DNA from: a virus | Lineage: Duplodnaviria > Heunggongvirae > Uroviricota > Caudoviricetes | Length of the DNA: 35,321 nucleotides | Direction: 5' to 3' (one strand) | IMG/VR virus record: IMGVR_UViG_648276647_000008 | In this document: positions 10,637 to 18,938 of the stretch, one piece after another | Numbering within the stretch: position 1 is the stretch's first letter | Layout: the number at the start of each line of letters is the position of its first letter | Position numbers and translations under genes: made by a program | Notes under the pieces: model-generated | Told to the model about the DNA's origin: nothing | The model's input: the letters and a program-made list of their open reading frames with translations, nothing else | Database searches by the model: none

Positions 10637-11671
10637 TCAAGCCTTAAGAGGCTTTGTGTATGTTCGTGTAATCCATCCAGTAATAAACTCGTCCCCTGAT
10701 TTAACCTGCACGAAAAGCCATTGGCGATCTTTTTTATCTAAAACAGCCACTATAGTATTTTTGCCAATGCATTCAATCACCTCACTATTTATAGAAGGAC
10801 TGACGTGTAATCTTACGTTCTCACCAGTTATAAAACGAAAACCATTGAGATCTTCCCAACTAATTTCTTTGTTTTCTTTAATTAATTGTTGTTTTGATAT
10901 TGGTTTATCCTCAAACAGAGATATAAAATATGATTCTGCCTTGTGTATTCCCAGCAAGGTTTTCTCTTTTCCGTAATCAATAAAAGCACCAAACACAACT
11001 TGAGAAAATATAACCATTAGTAACCATTGCAGTGGATAAGGAAGCTCTTTAAATGAATCAACAAACTTTGAGCTAGGTTTATTTAATCCTTTATTTTGAA
11101 CATTACTTTTGGTGTGTGATGTTTCAGTAGCACCTTCAGCATAAGCCTGCGCAATAGATGAAATCCCCTGCTCTATTATTTGATGTAATGAAGCATTTCT
11201 TGTTCTAGCATAGTGATCTAGTACTTTCTTTATGTCTTGGCTTACATCTATTTTATAACTTGCACTTTGTTGTAATTCTTTAAGTATCGCTTGCATGTTA
11301 TTTAAACCAGCTTGCTTATTAAGCACCTCAAGCTGTTTTCGTAATGGCATAGCTATTTCGGCCTGTTTCCTTAGAATTTGAATATATCTATTTGCGTCAT
11401 GAGGGAAAAGAGCCTGAGTCTGTTTCTGTAAAATCGCGATATGTTCACGATACTTGCTGCCTATTCCAGCCAAGTTCGGTATACTAGCCAATTGTTTTCG
11501 AAGAGAGTTACTAATTACAGCTTGTCTATTCAATCTTGTCATATTTTGAAAAGAATGTTTTTCTATTCCTAATTGTTTTTGCAAGATCGCTACGTGATCT
11601 TTGTATGATGGAATGAGCACTGACTGTTTATACAGTAACTTCAACTCATTAGAATTAGTAATTTTTGTCAT
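10637..11671 (-). CDS. Membrane-anchored protein with N-terminal ~45-aa repeats and C-terminal SH3b-like domain
   Basis: ORF track gives 355 aa from a TTG; the first ATG (MTKIT...) is at 11671. Repeats (HVAILQKQ... / HIAILQKQ... / YIQILRKQ...), one hydrophobic helix (LQWLLMVIFSQVVFGAFIDY), C-terminal segment resembling bacterial SH3. Markedly AT-rich relative to flanking phage genes. Confidence 0.5.
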   Translation of the reverse strand: MTKITNSNELKLLYKQSVLIPSYKDHVAILQKQLGIEKHSFQNMTRLNRQAVISNSLRKQLASIPNLAGIGSKYREHIAILQKQTQALFPHDANRYIQILRKQAEIAMPLRKQLEVLNKQAGLNNMQAILKELQQSASYKIDVSQDIKKVLDHYARTRNASLHQIIEQGISSIAQAYAEGATETSHTKSNVQNKGLNKPSSKFVDSFKELPYPLQWLLMVIFSQVVFGAFIDYGKEKTLLGIHKAESYFISLFEDKPISKQQLIKENKEISWEDLNGFRFITGENVRLHVSPSINSEVIECIGKNTIVAVLDKKDRQWLFVQVKSGDEFITGWITRTYTKPLKA

Positions 11672-11745
11672 ATTATTCCATTTATATAATAGAATATTAC
11701 GCAACCAATGTTTTATTGATTGCGTTAATCTTTAACACAGAAAGA

Positions 11746-12222
11746 TCATTTGCCTCGTTTAATACATCCATCCATTTTGGCTTGTTGATACAACTTACTT
11801 AGCCCAGAAAGAGGGAATGTAGCAATTTTTTCATTATCAACATAAGCATCAATCATATTAGCATTTGAATCTGCTGCATCTTGCCAAAAGGCATACCACC
11901 AAGAATCTCCAACCATTGATCCAAGATTGCTAAAAGGATATTGCTCACCATCTATAGTTAATACTATTTTATTCTTGTCAGCATTATACTCTTTTTTATT
12001 ATTCGACGAACTTAGCAACAAGCCTAAACTACCTGCACTATCTGGTGAACCATACATGAATCCCATATCACATAAAAAACTTATCTTATCACCATTATGA
12101 TTATGGATTGTATATTCTCTCCCCCCTCTCTCTTCAATTACATTCCATTGTAGAGGATCAATTTTTGCAAATGTTCCTGCTGAAACTAACGATACAAATA
12201 ATAAAAACCATCTCATATTCAT
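11746..12222 (-). CDS. Secreted/periplasmic protein with N-terminal signal peptide
   Basis: 158-aa ORF; N-terminus MNMRWFLLFVSLVSAGTFA is a typical Sec signal peptide; AT-rich; no recognisable catalytic motif. Confidence 0.5.
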   Translation of the reverse strand: MNMRWFLLFVSLVSAGTFAKIDPLQWNVIEERGGREYTIHNHNGDKISFLCDMGFMYGSPDSAGSLGLLLSSSNNKKEYNADKNKIVLTIDGEQYPFSNLGSMVGDSWWYAFWQDAADSNANMIDAYVDNEKIATFPLSGLSKLYQQAKMDGCIKRGK

Positions 12223-12244
12223 TCTTTTCGCTTCTTATCTGTAA

Positions 12245-12595
12245 TTATTCTGCAATATCATTTGCCCATTGCACGGCAGCAAAATGAGTACCCAAACCAC
12301 TCAGGAAAGCAATTACCCCCAAAACAATACTTGCTGCTGTTGATTCAAACAAAGTACCAATACTATAGCCAATAGCTCCCCATACTAAGCTAAATACAAT
12401 CATCAATGGTATTGCCAGAAATTTTATTCTTAAACTAAAAATCAGTCCAAGAAAAGAACCGCCAAAGGCCCACCATGATTTAGACATTAAACCTATCAGT
12501 ATTGACAGAATTCCTATTTCAATAAAGAGAATATTAGATTGCTCTTCATTGAATTTCGCATTTGTTACACCTTTACGAACATGTTCAGATGACAT
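12245..12595 (-). CDS. Small polytopic inner-membrane protein
   Basis: 116-aa ORF with 3-4 predicted TM helices; ATG at 12595 preceded by AGGAGA RBS. A TTGACC-17-TATGCT promoter-like element lies upstream on the minus strand at ~12640-12670. Confidence 0.5.
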   Translation of the reverse strand: MSSEHVRKGVTNAKFNEEQSNILFIEIGILSILIGLMSKSWWAFGGSFLGLIFSLRIKFLAIPLMIVFSLVWGAIGYSIGTLFESTAASIVLGVIAFLSGLGTHFAAVQWANDIAE

Positions 12596-12678
12596 GATTA
12601 ACTATCTCCTGCCACAGATAAAACGTCTTAAAATAACATTTTGTAGCATAAAGTTTCACCATGCAATGGTCAAAATCT

Positions 12679-12707
12679 TTGACCCATATCAATTAAACTC
12701 ATACATT
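12679..12707 (+). promoter_or_regulatory. Sigma70-like promoter (TTGACC-17 nt-TACATT) directed towards the immI operon
   Basis: Hexamers and 17-nt spacer read from the sequence; positioned like the P1 c4/icd/ant promoter upstream of the operator motif and candidate c4 RNA. Confidence 0.45.
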
Positions 12708-12741
12708 TTAGTTACCAGAGAAATAATTTACATGGTTGCAA

Positions 12742-12758
12742 ATTGCTCTAATTATTTT
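12742..12758 (+). promoter_or_regulatory. C1-repressor-operator-like 17-mer (ATTGCTCTAATTATTTT)
   Basis: 15/17 match to the asymmetric P1 C1 operator consensus ATTGCTCTAATAAATTT as recalled; three more copies occur in the window. Confidence 0.5.
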
Positions 12759-12831
12759 ATTTTTTTAGCTTCATATGCTACATTAACTTGCTTGCGTGCT
12801 AATGCATTTTCGGTTTATCCTAAACAGGCAT

Positions 12832-12908
12832 CTTAGTAAAACGGATGCCGGGATTGGAACCCCGGATAATGCAAAAGGCGACATAGACGCCAAAAGCGTC
12901 TTTTTTTT
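12832..12908 (+). ncRNA. c4: Candidate c4-like antisense RNA (immI repressor RNA)
   Basis: Non-coding segment between promoter/operator and icd. Hairpin GCCGGG-ATTGGAA-CCCGG presents ATTGGAACC in its loop; a second hairpin GACGC-CAAAA-GCGTC is followed by T8 (intrinsic terminator). Complement GGTTCCAAC occurs ~13010 and a second ATTGGAACC copy at ~13045. Boundaries approximate. Confidence 0.4.
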
Positions 12909-13093
12909 GTGTCATGCCATCGCACAACCATACGTAGCACATAGCTCCGAGATCAATGGTAGTGCTGGCTGGGCTGCCGAAAGGCAGGCCGGTTCCCTTT
13001 TGCGCCGGTAGTTCCAACCCAGTCAGTGCTACCGCCATTGAGATTGGAACCTCACGCGGTAGCTCCTTAAATTAGCAAAAGGAGGCTGCCATT

Positions 13094-13315
13094 GTGGCTA
13101 CTATCCCTACCCCTACTCATCCTGAATTTATCTGGCGCTTTTACTCCTGCCAAAAACACCACTATCACTTCGTTATCGCAGCAACAGAAGACGAAGCACG
13201 CTCTCAATTGCCTGATGGCCCCTGCATTTTTACAGCCCGTTTTTCAACTAACTCGCGCAATTCACTTAGTTACTGGAGCCTCCCCTTCTCTGCCGACGTT
13301 CAGGGGGGTTTATGA
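13094..13315 (+). CDS. icd: Small protein overlapping the ant start (Icd-like cell-division inhibitor)
   Basis: 73-aa ORF with GTG start at 13094 and AAGGAGG RBS ~10 nt upstream; its stop overlaps the ant ATG. Size and position match P1 icd as recalled. Confidence 0.55.
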   Translation: MATIPTPTHPEFIWRFYSCQKHHYHFVIAATEDEARSQLPDGPCIFTARFSTNSRNSLSYWSLPFSADVQGGL

Positions 13316-14715
13316 AAACACCTCTCGTCACCCGTAATGAAATAGCCGAAGCGATCGCCCTGCATACTGCCTGTATGCCGACACGGGAGATCCCCGGCGC
13401 AATTGCCAACTATTTCATGATAACCAGACGTTTTTATACCCGAACAGATAAGGCTGTGATCAACAGGCTACTGATAGCCGAGATCAGGGATTATTTGATT
13501 GAACAAGGACGTCTACGTTACGCAACAGTGGCAGCAGAAATGAGAAAGGAGGCACACAGAGTGACCGGTAATAATTTGAATGTTGAAAAAACAGCACCTG
13601 TTACGTCAGCTACGCCAGCACCAGCCGTGAATATCATCCCCAACACCGGAGACACAATCGACAGCCTGACACTGTTAAAGATGGTCAATGAAGCGCGTAA
13701 GTTATGTGGGGAACCAGAGGTTCGGAACAACAAATTCATCGAAAAAATACTCGATGAGCTTGATGGTGAGCACTACACAAAAAGTGTAGTGGAAAAAATG
13801 AACAAAACATCAATGCTTGTCATAACCATGACATACAAACAAGCCCTGCGCGTTGCTGCTCGCGAATCGAAAGCGGTCCGCCGTTCGCTACATACCATGA
13901 TTCAGGCATTGGAACCTATAAATGTTGAAAATCATCCTGATGAAATTCCCGTTCTGGAATGGCAGGGAGTACGCGTCGTGACAACCGAGACTCTTGCTAG
14001 AGGGTATGGCACTACACCTATTCGTATTCAGCAGAACTACAATCGCAATGAAGAACGATTTGTAGAGGGTAAACACTTCTTTAAAATCAAAGGAGATGAG
14101 ATAAAAAGTTTGCGACTATCTTTTAGCGAGTTGCAAATTTCCCCCAAGACCAGATCCTTAATACTCTGGACCGAACGCGGAGCGGCACGCATGTCTAAGA
14201 TCGTAGACACAGAGCAAGCGTGGGCATTCTTTGAAAAACTGGAAGACAGCTACTTCCGGCAAAAAGAACAGCAACCGGTCGCAATCCCCCAGACGCTTCC
14301 CGAAGCTCTGCGCCTGGCTGCCGAGCTGGCTGAACAAAAGCAGCTACTGGAACAGAAAACCCACCAGCTAAATCAGCAGCTGGTGGCCGCAGCCCCTAAA
14401 GTCGATTTTGCCGACCGGGTATCAGTGGCTAATGGAATCCTGATCGGGAACTTTGCAAAGGTCGTTGGACTTAAGCAAAACGCCCTTTTCTCATGGTTGC
14501 GCCAGAACGGCATTCTCATGGCTTTTGGTGCGCGCAAAAACGTACCGCGCCAACAGTACATCAACGCCGGGTATTTCACGGTGAAAGAAGTGGTGCTGGA
14601 TGATGAAAATGGCTACCAGATACGGCTGACGCCCCAATTAACGGGTAAAGGCCAGCAGTGGTTAACTCGCAAGCTACTTGATGCTGGTTTGTTAAAACCA
14701 GTAGCAATAGGTTAA
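13312..14715 (+). CDS. ant: Antirepressor (Ant; AntA-like N-terminal region plus KilAC/ANT C-terminal domain)
   Basis: 467-aa ORF; C-terminal ~140 aa are ~65% identical to the C-terminus of the downstream KilA-like protein (read from the translations). Internal in-frame Met residues could give a shorter Ant2-type product. Confidence 0.75.
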   Translation: MKTPLVTRNEIAEAIALHTACMPTREIPGAIANYFMITRRFYTRTDKAVINRLLIAEIRDYLIEQGRLRYATVAAEMRKEAHRVTGNNLNVEKTAPVTSATPAPAVNIIPNTGDTIDSLTLLKMVNEARKLCGEPEVRNNKFIEKILDELDGEHYTKSVVEKMNKTSMLVITMTYKQALRVAARESKAVRRSLHTMIQALEPINVENHPDEIPVLEWQGVRVVTTETLARGYGTTPIRIQQNYNRNEERFVEGKHFFKIKGDEIKSLRLSFSELQISPKTRSLILWTERGAARMSKIVDTEQAWAFFEKLEDSYFRQKEQQPVAIPQTLPEALRLAAELAEQKQLLEQKTHQLNQQLVAAAPKVDFADRVSVANGILIGNFAKVVGLKQNALFSWLRQNGILMAFGARKNVPRQQYINAGYFTVKEVVLDDENGYQIRLTPQLTGKGQQWLTRKLLDAGLLKPVAIG

Positions 14716-14728
14716 CAAAAGAAAAAAA

Positions 14729-14754
14729 CCTGCCAGCAAACTGGCAGGTTTCTG
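14729..14754 (+). terminator. Intrinsic terminator-like hairpin after ant
   Basis: CCTGCCAG-CAAA-CTGGCAGG stem-loop followed by TTTCTG; the U-tract is short, so this may be a partial terminator. Confidence 0.45.
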
Positions 14755-14773
14755 AGCAGATCGACCAACCCGA

Positions 14774-14790
14774 TCTGGATCGAGTCAGAA
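14774..14790 (+). promoter_or_regulatory. C1-operator-like 17-mer (TTTGCTCTAATAAATTT) upstream of kilA
   Basis: 16/17 match to the recalled C1 operator consensus, ~90 nt upstream of the kilA start, consistent with a C1-controlled kilA-repL promoter. Confidence 0.55.
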
Positions 14791-14879
14791 AAATTTGCTC
14801 TAATAAATTTCGTTTTCTAAGTGCAAAGAATCACCATTTCGAGCTGGTGATTGAAGGTTGATGCAAATTTGGAGAAAAA

Positions 14880-15680
14880 ATGCAACAAACATTCAATGCG
14901 GATATGAATATATCAAACCTTCATCAAAATGTCGATCCTTCAACCACTCTGCCTGTTATTTGTGGTGTTGAAATTACGACCGACCGCGCTGGCCGTTACA
15001 ACCTTAATGCTCTACACAGAGCGAGCGGACTCGGTGCCCATAAAGCGCCAGCTCAATGGCTAAGAACGCTGTCAGCAAAACAGCTCATCGAAGAGCTTGA
15101 AAAAGAAACTATGCAGAATTGCATAGTTTCGTTCGAAGGCCGTGGCGGCGGCACTTTTGCCCATGAATTGCTCGCTGTGGAGTACGCAGGCTGGATTTCT
15201 CCCGCGTTTCGGCTGAAGGTAAACCAGACATTTATCGACTATCGAACCGGAAGATTACAACCTGCTATTCCGCAAAGTCTCCCTGAAGCTCTCCGTTTGG
15301 CTGCCGACCTGGCAGAGCAAAAGCAACGGCTGGAGCAAAAAATGCTGATGGATGCACCTAAAGTCGAATTCGCCGAACGCGTTGCTACCGCCAGCGGGGT
15401 TCTAATCGGCAACTATGCCAAAGTGCTCGGCCTGGGCCAAAACTATCTCTTCACCTGGTTGCGTGATAACGGAATTCTGATCGCAACCGGTGAACGCAGG
15501 AACGTCCCCAAACAAGAATACATATCCCGTGGGTATTTCACCCTTAAAGAAACCGTGATCGATACAAGCAATGGAAGCAGGATTTCTTTCACGACTCGTA
15601 TAACCGGCAAAGGTCAGCAGTGGCTGATGAAGCGATTGCTTGATGCTGGTGTGCTGGTACCTGTCGCGGCAACGCGCTAA
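14880..15680 (+). CDS. kilA: KilA (KilA-N DNA-binding domain plus KilAC domain)
   Basis: 266-aa ORF, ATG with GGAGAAAAA RBS; N-terminal KilA-N-like segment and C-terminus paralogous to Ant; length matches P1 KilA as recalled. Confidence 0.7.
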   Translation: MQQTFNADMNISNLHQNVDPSTTLPVICGVEITTDRAGRYNLNALHRASGLGAHKAPAQWLRTLSAKQLIEELEKETMQNCIVSFEGRGGGTFAHELLAVEYAGWISPAFRLKVNQTFIDYRTGRLQPAIPQSLPEALRLAADLAEQKQRLEQKMLMDAPKVEFAERVATASGVLIGNYAKVLGLGQNYLFTWLRDNGILIATGERRNVPKQEYISRGYFTLKETVIDTSNGSRISFTTRITGKGQQWLMKRLLDAGVLVPVAATR

Positions 15681-15709
15681 CAGACGTAGTAAGAACCACC
15701 AGCATTGTA

Positions 15710-16554
15710 ATGCTGGCTAAAGTCACTTTCCTGAGCTGTATAACGATGAGCGATTTTACTTTTTCTGGCTATGAATTGGCCTGCTTTGTAACACACTCCG
15801 GTCTATCCCGTAGCGCCGGGCATATCCTGTCGCAATGTGCAAATCTCGCGGCAACAACCAGTGAATACTTCATTCACAAGCCTCACCGCCTGATCGCGGC
15901 AGAAACCGGTTATAGCCAATCAACCGTCGTTCGTGCATTCCGTGAAGCTGTAAACAAAGGAATCCTGTCTGTAGAGATTGTTATCGGCGATCACCGTGAA
16001 CGTCGCGCTAACCTGTACCGGTTTACACCATCCTTTTTGGCCTTCGCACAACAAGCCAAAAATGCGCTGATTGAAAGCAAATTAAAGATCTCTTCAGCGG
16101 CAACCAAGGTTAAAGCTGTTCTCGCTAAGACATTGGCTTTATTTAATTTTTTATCCACACCCCCATGTCAAAATGATGCCCCCTCCCCCTGTCAGGATGA
16201 CGTGGCAATAAAGAATAAGAAGTCACAAATAAAAAAACAAAAAGATCAGTTTCCGGCGGTGCCGAAACGACCAGCCTCAAAAAACTGACTTCATGGATCG
16301 CCGAGGCAAAAGCAAAGGCTGACAATCTGCGGTTATCCAAAAAACGCGCTCAAAAACATGAGTTCAAGCAGAAAGTAGAGGCGGCAGCGCGGAAATATGC
16401 TTACCTGAAGAACAAGCGTTCTCCTGATATTGGCGGGATATCAAACTTCGATAATCTGCCGCATTGCATGACGGTAAACGAAGCTCTTAATGCGGTTTTA
16501 GCCAAAAATAAAGATAACGAACAATGGGGTATACCGGCAGGATTCAGAGGGTGA
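15710..16554 (+). pseudogene. repL: Lytic-replicon initiator RepL-like gene interrupted by an apparent -1 frameshift in an A-rich tract
   Basis: Frame 1 (15710-16288, 192 aa) has an HTH-like segment GYSQSTVVRAFREAVNKGIL. The overlapping frame is open from 16219 to the stop at 16552-16554 with no ATG until late. Joining them through AAATAAAAAAACAAAAAG (16228-16245) gives ~281 codons, the length recalled for P1 RepL. Confidence 0.45.
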
Positions 16555-16601
16555 TAGATTGCTCTAATCTGGAGTCACCTGGCATTTTCAGTTTGAGGTC
16601 G

Positions 16602-16850
16602 GAGATGCAATCTGATTTTTTACAGTTAGCGATCGCTTTTGCAGGATATGTTTGTATTGGCTTCTGTGTATACATGATCAGCCGAAAAATGCTTGTCGAT
16701 ATCGACCGCAAAGAACAAGCAGAGGAGATCTTAGAATGGATTTTCTTTGGCGCGGTCTGGCCATTAGGGATCATGTTTGCTGCAACGTTTCTTCTGATGT
16801 GGATATTCACCCTTCCAGGTGATTTATATAGAAAAAAAGCCAGACATTGA
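16602..16850 (+). CDS. Small two-TM membrane protein
   Basis: ORF track starts at 16524, but that overlaps the repL C-terminal frame; ATG at 16602 (MQSDFLQLAIAF...) has a GAGG RBS. Two hydrophobic helices. Function unknown. Confidence 0.35.
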   Translation, partial: EMQSDFLQLAIAFAGYVCIGFCVYMISRKMLVDIDRKEQAEEILEWIFFGAVWPLGIMFAATFLLMWIFTLPGDLYRKKARH

Positions 16851-17032
16851 TACAATCGCTGCGGGTGCTTGAGGCTATCTGCTTCAGGCATTACCCGACA
16901 AGCAGACAGAAGAAAGCCCCAGATAACATTACGCGTCCTGCAAGACGCTTAACATTAATCTGAGGCCATATCTATGCTTAGCATACGTAGATTAGCCCTC
17001 TCCCCTTTTTAGGAGCAAGGAATTTTTTACTG

Positions 17033-17629
17033 CTATGCCGCCTTTCCAATTATGGATTCAGCGACCAGAACAACCCCATGCTTACTTCGATCTGGGTGTT
17101 CACTCCATATCTCGGATTCAGGAATACTTACCCCGTCATAGCAAACACGTTCGCCGTCAAACGGGTAATACTGAGCGGCATCGGTGTCGAGGATAAACAC
17201 TTTTAGCTCGGAAGAGCGACGGGCGATGTGTTGCCAAAGAGCTTTTCCACCTTCGTATTGCTCATTATCACTGAGCAAAACAACACCAGCTTTTGAGGCT
17301 ACGGTTTCGTAAACAAAAGTAGCTAAACCGACATCCCGGACGGTTCCATCAACCACGATACCTTCAATCTGGGCAACATCGCTATCCTCCCAGAACTTCC
17401 TTACCAGTACGCCTTCAAGCTGCGGGCGACGTTGAAGTTCAAGAGTAGCGACAACCTTATGGCGCATATCACCATCGATAACAGAAGGCGCAGCCTCTAT
17501 TACAGCTGCAAATGGGGTTTTGGAATCCCATATAACCTGGTAAAGCACACCCTGGATGGTAACTCCGTCCAGGATCGAAAATCGACGAGCGACAGTACCC
17601 GGGGAGTACGACATTGGAATCACAGCCAT
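17033..17629 (-). CDS. Hypothetical protein
   Basis: ORF track gives 210 aa; ATG at 17629 (MAVIPMSY...) has an AAGGGGGA RBS. An operator-like variant (revcomp of GTAGTTTATTAGAACA, 17683-17698) lies upstream on the minus strand. Confidence 0.4.
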   Translation of the reverse strand: MAVIPMSYSPGTVARRFSILDGVTIQGVLYQVIWDSKTPFAAVIEAAPSVIDGDMRHKVVATLELQRRPQLEGVLVRKFWEDSDVAQIEGIVVDGTVRDVGLATFVYETVASKAGVVLLSDNEQYEGGKALWQHIARRSSELKVFILDTDAAQYYPFDGERVCYDGVSIPESEIWSEHPDRSKHGVVLVAESIIGKAA

Positions 17630-17754
17630 TTTAGAGTCCCCCTTTAACAGTACAGGCACAAACATCTACCTCAATAATTGTAGTTTATTAGAACATTAAT
17701 AATCTAACATAAAACTCAAGACAATGTTATCGATGCATTCTTATATAAAATAGT

Positions 17755-17780
17755 TATAAAAAAAGCTCCCGAAGGAGCTT
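17755..17780 (-). terminator. Intrinsic terminator ending the minus-strand structural operon
   Basis: AGCTCC-CGAA-GGAGCT hairpin; on the minus strand it is followed by a run of 7 T (A-run at 17754-17762 on the plus strand), directly downstream of the 169-aa gene stop. Confidence 0.6.
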
Positions 17781-17800
17781 AAAAATACAAGGGATGACAC

Positions 17801-18310
17801 TTAATCCCACTCAATCCAGTTGTAGACGATACGAAGTGACGGGCGCACAGCGGCAGTCACATCTTCGGTACTAAAGTCGATTGCATCACTGTAGATTTTG
17901 CAGTCCAACATTTCAATTGTTGTAGCAGCTTTTGTCACGGCGTTAACCCCGGAAGATTTGGACTCAGGGGTCGCAGCCATCGTGATATCAACATAGTCCT
18001 TCGCCGCAATGCGATCTTTAATGAACTGAAGAATATCACCTTCGATAGTCTCCACGCACTGGACCTGGATTTCCCCGGAGTTACGGATTGGACCGTGCTG
18101 GTTGAACTTCACACCATTCGGACCATAGTCCTCCACATCCTCGCGGGTCATTTCAGGAATTTGCGACGTGCGAACCAGTACGCTGATATCTTCATGGCCT
18201 GCAAAAGTGAGCTGGAATTCAGAAGATACCAGTCGTTCGCCTTTGGCCGCGTTGGCAGTATAGCGGCCCTTAATAAATTTACGGTTTCCCTTAGTGTTAT
18301 TGTGCCCCAT
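17801..18310 (-). CDS. Putative tail/virion structural protein
   Basis: 169-aa ORF, last gene of the minus-strand capsid/sheath operon; no motif recognised. Confidence 0.35.
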   Translation of the reverse strand: MGHNNTKGNRKFIKGRYTANAAKGERLVSSEFQLTFAGHEDISVLVRTSQIPEMTREDVEDYGPNGVKFNQHGPIRNSGEIQVQCVETIEGDILQFIKDRIAAKDYVDITMAATPESKSSGVNAVTKAATTIEMLDCKIYSDAIDFSTEDVTAAVRPSLRIVYNWIEWD

Positions 18311-18321
18311 ATAAAATCCTT

Positions 18322-18903
18322 TTACTGGAACGCCCGAACAATATCGGAGCTGTTATATATCGAAGAACCGGTCAACTGGAGGTTGACGGTGTTTTTCAGG
18401 AAATATCCATTACTGTCCCTTGGCGCATCGAGATCAAAACTTAAGTCCTGGATAGCGACATCGGTGATGTTGATCCGGCGACCAATGTTTAGCGTCACAC
18501 GTTCCGGGATTCGACCACCAACATTGGCCGCTTTTAGTTCCGGGCTAATCATGGCTGTCAACGCGGCGATAGCGCCTGAAACTTCAATGAATGGATTGTT
18601 CAAAGCAATGAAAGTTACGGGCAGCGTGAACGTCGGCGGTGTCCCCCCTTCCCAAACCATTAAGCTATTCCAACGGGCAACCGACGTTGTTTCAGTACCT
18701 ACTTGCACAAAACCACCCAGAGCACCAGAAACAGACCCCATGGACATACCAGTAAACGGTGCTTCCCAATTCTGGGCCATGTTCATTGCCGCCCCCTGGC
18801 TGATATATCCGGTAACCTGGTACTGAGAGTTCGTTAAAGTAACTTTCAGATATGGCGATACACCGTCAGCCTGGCTGTAAACCCCATAAGCTATAGGAGC
18901 CAT
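18322..18903 (-). CDS. Putative virion structural protein
   Basis: 193-aa ORF, tightly packed in the same operon. Confidence 0.35.
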   Translation of the reverse strand: MAPIAYGVYSQADGVSPYLKVTLTNSQYQVTGYISQGAAMNMAQNWEAPFTGMSMGSVSGALGGFVQVGTETTSVARWNSLMVWEGGTPPTFTLPVTFIALNNPFIEVSGAIAALTAMISPELKAANVGGRIPERVTLNIGRRINITDVAIQDLSFDLDAPRDSNGYFLKNTVNLQLTGSSIYNSSDIVRAFQ

Positions 18904-18938
18904 TCAAGTTAAAGGCCGGAGTTCTCCGGCCTCCTCCT

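Noticed and set aside
16524-16601. Longer start (108 aa) for the small membrane protein
   Set aside because: That start overlaps the C-terminal frame of the repL-like gene and lacks an RBS; the ATG at 16602 has a GAGG RBS.
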